A stretch of 41,843 nucleotides of DNA, from the NCBI GenBank assembly GCA_001871075.1, contig MNUP01000003.1, forward strand, positions 1 to 41,843, read 5' to 3'. This DNA comes from Candidatus Desantisbacteria bacterium CG1_02_49_89. GTDB lineage: Bacteria; Desantisbacteria; UBA1551. The position numbers and the translations under genes were made by a program. Under the pieces are notes generated by a model. That model searched no databases. It saw nothing but the letters and a program-made list of their open reading frames with translations, and was not told where the DNA came from. This document shows, piece by piece, positions 36,726 to 41,843 of this stretch (the stretch's first letter is position 1; every line of letters begins with the position of its first letter).

Positions 36726-37832
36726 TTACGTGCGACTTACGACGCTCGACGCACGACGGTCATTAAGTTTGCCGATGACAGGCTCCCCGGCCCGCGGCAT
36801 CCACACCCTGTCCGGCCCGGGGCATATATCCCGTATTGCCGCTTCCTCGCTTGCGAGGTAAAGGGTTTCCCCGCTTGTTGCCGCGACCAGAGGCCTTAGT
36901 TTTATCCTGTCGTTCAGGCCGACCATATGCCCCGAGTTTCCCACGATCACGCTGAATGGCCCGTTCAGCAGGGCGCTTCCGTAAATGATCCTGAGGCTGG
37001 TGAAAAAGTCTTTTTCCTCGGGCGGCATCCTTTCTATGTCTGACCAGAACGGGGCCGCGAGTATTTTCGCCACGACCTCAAAACTGAGCCCGTGTTTCCT
37101 GGAGAGCAGGTCGAAGAGGTAGGCTATGACTTCGGTGTCCGTTGAGAGCGCGCACCTGTAGCCGAAATTCAGGAGATAGCTCCTGTTGATCCCGTAGGAA
37201 GAGATCTCGCCGTTGTGCACGACAGACCAGTCCAGCAGCCCGAAGGGATGCGCCCCGCCCCACCATCCTACCGAATTTGTGGGGAACCTTCCGTGGGCTA
37301 TCCAGGTATACGCGCTGTATTCGTCCAGCCGGTAAAAATGGCCTATGTCCTCGGGAAAGCCCACGCCTTTGAATATACCCATGTTCTTTCCGCTTGAAAA
37401 CACGAAAGCGTCATTTATGCCGGAGTTTATATGCATCACGGTTCTTGCCACATAGTCCTCTTCATTGCTGTTCCCGCCGCGCGGGCAAAGGAAGTAGCGC
37501 CACAGCATCGGCTTGCTGTCAATTCCCATGATTTTCCTGGTGGGGATGGGTTCGGTTTTCTCTATGGTATATTCCTTATTTAAATAATTTTCCGCGCAGC
37601 CCTTTGCCTGTTCGGTTTTATACATGACGTGGAACGCGTAGAGCCCCGCGTATTCCGGGTATATGCCGTATGCGGCAAAGCCCCCGCCGAGCCCGTTGGA
37701 ACGCTCGCGCATGACCGAAATGGAGCTGATCACCGCGCTGCCGTCTATCTTCTTTCCGTCCTGGTTCATTATGCCCACAACCGCGCACCCGGACGCCACC
37801 CGATAGTCTTTATCCGCTACCAGCTTTTCCAT
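36726..37832 (-). CDS. Glutamate synthase glutamine amidotransferase subunit (GltB1-like, Ntn type)
   Basis: SGCAVVG (nucleophile Cys after a short propeptide), [33 protein letters not shown]. Confidence 0.92.
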   Translation of the reverse strand: MEKLVADKDYRVASGCAVVGIMNQDGKKIDGSAVISSISVMRERSNGLGGGFAAYGIYPEYAGLYAFHVMYKTEQAKGCAENYLNKEYTIEKTEPIPTRKIMGIDSKPMLWRYFLCPRGGNSNEEDYVARTVMHINSGINDAFVFSSGKNMGIFKGVGFPEDIGHFYRLDEYSAYTWIAHGRFPTNSVGWWGGAHPFGLLDWSVVHNGEISSYGINRSYLLNFGYRCALSTDTEVIAYLFDLLSRKHGLSFEVVAKILAAPFWSDIERMPPEEKDFFTSLRIIYGSALLNGPFSVIVGNSGHMVGLNDRIKLRPLVAATSGETLYLASEEAAIRDICPGPDRVWMPRAGEPVIGKLNDRRASSVVSRT

Positions 37833-37944
37833 CTTTATTCCTTATTTGATTACACAGATTTCCAGCTAATTGATTACACCGATTAAAACAAAACCTTAAT
37901 TTCAGTTTTAATCTCAACCTGCTTTAAATCTGTGTAATCTATGC

Positions 37945-39378
37945 TTAGATATCAAAATACAGATAGAACTCATAAGGATGCGGCCTGAGGCGCACCGCGT
38001 CAAGTTCTTTCTCTTTTTTGTATTCCAGCCATACCTCTATGACGTCCTTTGTGAACACGCTGCCCTCAAGCAAAAACTTATGGTCTTTTTCCAGAGCAAG
38101 AAGAGATTCATCAAGCGAACCCGGCACGGTAGGCACCCTGCCTGCTTCCTCCTCTGAAAGATGATACGTATTTTTTTCAAGCGGTTTACCCGGGTCGATT
38201 TTATTCTGTATGCCGTCTATACCCGCCATCAGCATTGCCGCAAATGCAAGATAAGGATTTGCCGAACAATCAGGCGGCCTGAATTCGATTCTCTTTGTCT
38301 TCGGGTTTTCCGAATATACAGGTATGCGTATTGCCGCGCTCCTGTTCCTCGCAGAATAAGCAAGGTTAACAGGCGCCTCGTATCCCGGCACAAGCCTCTT
38401 GTATGAATTTGTCGTAGGAGCGCAGAAGGCCATTAATGCCGGCGCATGCCTGATAAGGCCTCCTATATAATACTTTGCCTCCTGGCTTATAAGCGCATAT
38501 CCTTTTGCGTCAAAGAATATGTTCTTGCCTTTTTTCCAGAGCGACTGGTGCGTGTGCATTCCTGACCCGTTATCCCCGAAAAGCGGCTTTGGCATAAAAG
38601 TCGCCACCATATTATGTTTTTTACAGATATTTTTTACGATATATTTAAACATCAGGCATTTATCAGCCACTGTCACAAGAGTGTCGAATTTCATATCTAT
38701 TTCGCACTGGCCCGCGGTGGCTACTTCGTGATGATGCACTTCTACGGGAATTCCGGCACCGATCATTTTAAGAACTATTTCACTGCGCAGGTCCTGCAAT
38801 GAATCGTGCGGCGGCACAGGAAAATATCCTTCCTTGTACCTGGGTTTGTAACCGAGGTTCGGGTTTTCCTCGCGGCCCGAATTCCATTCTCCTTCTATGG
38901 AATCCACGAAGTAATAACCGCTGTTTTCAGTCTGGTCAAAACGTATGTTGTCAAATATAAAAAACTCCAGTTCCGGGCCCCAGTAACTTTTATCTGCAAT
39001 GCCGGTACCCCTTAGATAATCTGCTGCTTTTTTGGCAACATTCCTCGGATCTCTCGTATAAGCCTTTTTTGTAATAGGATCGTAGATGTTGCAGAGCATG
39101 CTCAGGGTCGGCACCTCGCATACCGGGTCGATAACGGCTGTCTCGGGGTCCGGTATCAGTATCATGTCGCTTTCCTGGATCTTCTGGAAACCCCTGATGC
39201 TTGACCCGTCAAACCCGATACCCTGCTTGAAAATGCTGTTTGTCAGGTCATCCATCTCCGTCAGTTCTGAGGCGGGTATCGAAAAGTGCTGCCACAGCCC
39301 CGGCAGGTCGTTGAACTTCAGGTCCACGATCTTGATCCCTTTCTCCCTTACGAATTTCAAAACCTCTTCCGCTTTCAT
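37945..39378 (-). CDS. glnA: Glutamine synthetase type I
   Basis: FDGSSIRGF, HHHEVATAGQCEI, TFMPKP...NGSGMHTHQS, NSYKRLVPGYEAP, NRSAAIRIP, RIEFRPPD. Confidence 0.97.
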   Translation of the reverse strand: MKAEEVLKFVREKGIKIVDLKFNDLPGLWQHFSIPASELTEMDDLTNSIFKQGIGFDGSSIRGFQKIQESDMILIPDPETAVIDPVCEVPTLSMLCNIYDPITKKAYTRDPRNVAKKAADYLRGTGIADKSYWGPELEFFIFDNIRFDQTENSGYYFVDSIEGEWNSGREENPNLGYKPRYKEGYFPVPPHDSLQDLRSEIVLKMIGAGIPVEVHHHEVATAGQCEIDMKFDTLVTVADKCLMFKYIVKNICKKHNMVATFMPKPLFGDNGSGMHTHQSLWKKGKNIFFDAKGYALISQEAKYYIGGLIRHAPALMAFCAPTTNSYKRLVPGYEAPVNLAYSARNRSAAIRIPVYSENPKTKRIEFRPPDCSANPYLAFAAMLMAGIDGIQNKIDPGKPLEKNTYHLSEEEAGRVPTVPGSLDESLLALEKDHKFLLEGSVFTKDVIEVWLEYKKEKELDAVRLRPHPYEFYLYFDI

Positions 39379-39395
39379 GTATCCTCCTTTCCTTA

Positions 39396-40985
39396 TTAAA
39401 AGTATTTGTTTGTTATAGGCATCCTGCGGTCCTTGCCGAATGACTTGAGCGTTATCTTGGGCCCGATAGGCGCCTGCCTTCTTTTATACTCGCTGCTGTC
39501 AACCATTTTTATCACCTTCTCAGCCAGTTTCCTGCTGAATCCCTCTTTTACGATCTCTTCAAGCGTTTTATCTTCCTCGATATAGCTGCCAAGTATCCTG
39601 TCAAGCAGAGGATAGGGCGGGAGCGTGTCCTGGTCTTTCTGGTCCGGCTTCAGTTCGGCTGTAGGCGGTCTTGACAGGATCCTTTGCGGGATAACGGGTT
39701 TAACCGAATTCCTGTGCCGGGCAAGCCTGTAAACAAGGGTCTTGTATACGTCTTTTATGAGCGCGAACCCTCCGGCCATGTCGCCGTAAAGCGTTGCGTA
39801 ACCGGTGCTCATTTCTGATTTGTTGCCGGTGCTGACCACGAGATGCCCCAGTTTGTTGGATATAGCCATTATGATATTTCCCCTGATCCTTGCCTGCAGG
39901 TTTTCCTCGGTGATGTCCCTGGGCAGGCCCGCGAACTGGTTCGCGAGCAGGCTTGTGTAGAACTCAAGCGCCCGCTGGATGGGAATTACCAGCAGTTTTA
40001 TGCCGAAGTTCCTTGCAAGCCCGTCCGCGTCCTCTCCGGATATCCGGGAAGAGAACTGCGAGGGCATGAACACGCCCAGCACGTTCTGGGCGCCTATGGC
40101 ATCAGCCGCTATCGCGGCAACCAGCGAGGAGTCAATGCCGCCGCTGAGCGCTATCACGACTTTTTTAAAATTGTTCTTGCGCGTGTAGTCCCGCAGGCTC
40201 AGCTTGAGTGCGGCGTAAACTTCTTCTTCAGGCGCCATCAGGCAATTCTTTATGGTTACATTCCTCTTTTCGCTGTCATGGGTTATCAGGTCTTCCTCGA
40301 ACGGTTTCCCCCTTGAAATTATCCTTCCTTTTTCATCAACGATGATTCCGTGCCCGTCAAAGATCAGTTCGTCCTGACCGCCTACAAGGTTATTGTAGAA
40401 GATAATAATACCGTATTTTTTTGCCAGGTTCGTTATCAATTCTTCTCTTTTTTGTATCTTTCCGTATGAATAGGGTGACGCGTTCACCGCGAAGATCGCT
40501 TTTGCCCCGCCCGCTGCCTGCTGCTTTATGGTCTCCTCGTTCCATATGTCCTCGCAGATGCTAACGCCGAACTTCAGCCCGCCTTCCGAAAAAACCTGGA
40601 ATTGTTTTCCGGCTGCGAAATATCTCTTTTCATCGAATACACCGTAATTGGGCAGAAAGACCTTCCTGTGAATGCCGCATATTTTTTTCCCGCGTATGAC
40701 AGCCGCGGCGTTATAAAGGAACTTGCCTTTTCTGTCCGCGAAACCGACGATCACAGTTGCGTTTCCGGTGTTTTCTACGACCTTTCCAAGGCATTTCAGG
40801 TTGTCTTCAATAAACCCGGTTTTGAACAGCAGGTCTTCAGGCGGGTATCCCGTAATTGTAAGCTCCGGGAACGTTATCACGTCAGCGTGCGTTTTTTCGG
40901 CTTCCTTTATATGCCTTATGCACTTCTCGGTATTGCCTTTCAGATCGCCCACGATCGTGTTTATCTGCGCCATCACTATCTTCAT
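39396..40985 (-). CDS. nadE: Glutamine-dependent NAD+ synthetase
   Basis: Nitrilase domain (FPEL, KVFLPNYGVFDEKRYF, ICED) plus synthetase domain (LSGGIDSS, ENLQARIRG, TGNKSE, PPTAELKPDQKD). Confidence 0.96.
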   Translation of the reverse strand: MKIVMAQINTIVGDLKGNTEKCIRHIKEAEKTHADVITFPELTITGYPPEDLLFKTGFIEDNLKCLGKVVENTGNATVIVGFADRKGKFLYNAAAVIRGKKICGIHRKVFLPNYGVFDEKRYFAAGKQFQVFSEGGLKFGVSICEDIWNEETIKQQAAGGAKAIFAVNASPYSYGKIQKREELITNLAKKYGIIIFYNNLVGGQDELIFDGHGIIVDEKGRIISRGKPFEEDLITHDSEKRNVTIKNCLMAPEEEVYAALKLSLRDYTRKNNFKKVVIALSGGIDSSLVAAIAADAIGAQNVLGVFMPSQFSSRISGEDADGLARNFGIKLLVIPIQRALEFYTSLLANQFAGLPRDITEENLQARIRGNIIMAISNKLGHLVVSTGNKSEMSTGYATLYGDMAGGFALIKDVYKTLVYRLARHRNSVKPVIPQRILSRPPTAELKPDQKDQDTLPPYPLLDRILGSYIEEDKTLEEIVKEGFSRKLAEKVIKMVDSSEYKRRQAPIGPKITLKSFGKDRRMPITNKYF

Positions 40986-41092
40986 TTATTTTCCTTATGA
41001 TTACACAGATTTTGAACTGACGATTACTCAGATTAAGAATCGGTGTAATCTATCTGGAAATCAGTGTAATCATTCCGCTGGATTTTCAGCGG

Positions 41093-41203
41093 AAAAAGAA
41101 AAAGGCGTCCCCGGGTCATTCAATTCACCTTTAGGGTGAATCATCTTTGACCTGAGGACGCCTGTATCCTCGCAATTTAGATTACTTTGATCCGTGTAAT
41201 CTA
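41093..41203 (-). promoter_or_regulatory. Second (distal) ANTAR-type attenuator in the nadE-glnA leader
   Basis: P2 GAGGAU-ACAGGC-GUCCUC overlaps terminator AGGCGUCCUCAGGUCA...UGACCCGGGGACGCCU-UUUUCUUUUU; upstream hairpin UAGAUUAC...GUAAUCUA. Confidence 0.7.
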
Positions 41204-41344
41204 CCGCACTGGTTATCGCTGTGCGGTTCCGATCATCTTGTAATCGCTGTCATCGCAGTTTTTATCGCTGCGATCGTTTTTTAAATAAGAACCTGCTTCG
41301 CAGAACCTTGTTACTTGGCAACTAAGCGTCGTTGGCAAGTCGCA

Positions 41345-41414
41345 ATAAAAAAACCTTCTATCCCGGCTGCGGGACAGAAGGCTCCTTTACCTTCTCAACA
41401 CTTCATCATGTTGA
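41345..41414 (-). promoter_or_regulatory. ANTAR dual hairpin and terminator (proximal) in the nadE-glnA-glt leader
   Basis: P1 UCAACAU-GAUGAA-GUGUUGA; P2 GAAGGU-AAAGGA-GCCUUC; terminator GCCUUCUGUCCCG-CAGC-CGGGAUAGAAGGU-UUUUUU. Confidence 0.85.
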
Positions 41415-41418
41415 ACAT

Positions 41419-41446
41419 ATTATAGCACAATTTTTCAAAAAGTCAA
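41419..41446 (-). promoter_or_regulatory. sigma70-type promoter of the nadE-glnA-glt operon
   Basis: TTGACT (41446-41441), 16-nt spacer ending TGC, TATAAT (41424-41419). Confidence 0.78.
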
Positions 41447-41462
41447 GCGTCGAACATGTTTT

Positions 41463-41798
41463 TGTTCCGCAACATTCAAAATGTCACATTTGGGAACCTT
41501 AAAATGTCACATCGCTCATAGTTGGTACTCTCCGATTTTCTGCTCATCCTTTAAAACAATAATCTTTCTGTTGGGGATAAGACCCACGGTTACTTCCTGT
41601 TCTGGAAATCGTCCTACTTTCCAGGTTCTGCCTTCGAGAGTACCCACCCCCCTCACCCTACCCCTCTCCCTCGAGGGGAGAGGATAAAGGAGAGGGTGAT
41701 TATTACCTGATTTTTAAACCAGCCAGCCTAAATAATTTTCCCCCGGCTATGTGACACTTTGATTGTTCCCAATGTGACCTTTTGATTATTTCCGCACA
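41463..41798 (-). mobile_element. Internally deleted IS / MITE with TGT...ACA ends (IS481/ISNCY-like)
   Basis: Imperfect inverted repeats of about 50 bp, each with two AA(A/G)(T/G)GTCACA boxes; internal minus-strand remnant EGRTWKVGRFPEQEVTVGLIPNRKIIVLKDEQKIGEYQL-stop (41516). Confidence 0.7.
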
Positions 41799-41814
41799 GG
41801 AAAAAACCCACTTG

Positions 41815-41843
41815 TGTTCCGCAACATTCAAAATGTCACATTT
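41815..41843. mobile_element. Start of a second copy of the same IS end, cut by the window edge
   Basis: TGTTCCGCAACATTCAAAATGTCACATTT is identical to 41463-41491. Confidence 0.75.

Noticed and set aside
41093-41414. glnA (glutamine) riboswitch or T-box in the nadE-glnA leader
   Set aside because: I could not identify their conserved motifs by eye, and ANTAR hairpins plus terminators explain the structure; an Rfam scan would settle it
587-41687. Numerous antisense or overlapping ORFs in the six-frame track (e.g. 3658..4446 -, 15154..15672 +, 20318..21037 +, 41481..41687 +)
   Set aside because: They are shadows of well-supported genes on the other strand or translations of repeats, with no motifs or RBS

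Overview
Bacterial chromosomal window with three blocks. (1) 1.4-14.7 kb (+): an uncharacterised membrane operon encoding a hypothetical protein with a probable CTG start, a stand-alone PqqD/RRE-like protein, a small FtsX permease, a LolD/MacB-type ATPase, two large OPT-like membrane proteins, a 1.6-kaa M28-like/PA/discoidin/FtsX fusion with degenerate metal ligands, and a LamG protein. (2) 14.9-41 kb (-): a nitrogen-assimilation supercluster with nadE, glnA, a split archaeal-type glutamate synthase with 4Fe-4S and flavoprotein partners, a second FMN glutamate-synthase-family gene, a minimal nucleotidyltransferase, a GAF-ANTAR regulator, carA, a half carB, gdh and a full carB. Its four sigma70 promoters are each followed by ANTAR-type hairpin pairs (mostly AxxGxx hexaloops) overlapping intrinsic terminators, six attenuators in total. 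(3) 27-32 kb (+): an AT-rich island inside block 2 with a LexA-like repressor, two unknown genes and a BcgI-like two-subunit restriction-modification system. The window also carries many miniature structured DNA elements: paired 7-/9-mer tandem-repeat hairpins at most gene junctions and in frame inside core enzymes, a 60-bp GAA-minihairpin element inserted in frame in carB and repeated in a leader, a twin-hairpin element inside three CDSs, REP-like palindromes, and a deleted TGT...ACA IS at the right edge. All family assignments come from motif recognition by eye; no searches or folding programs were run.
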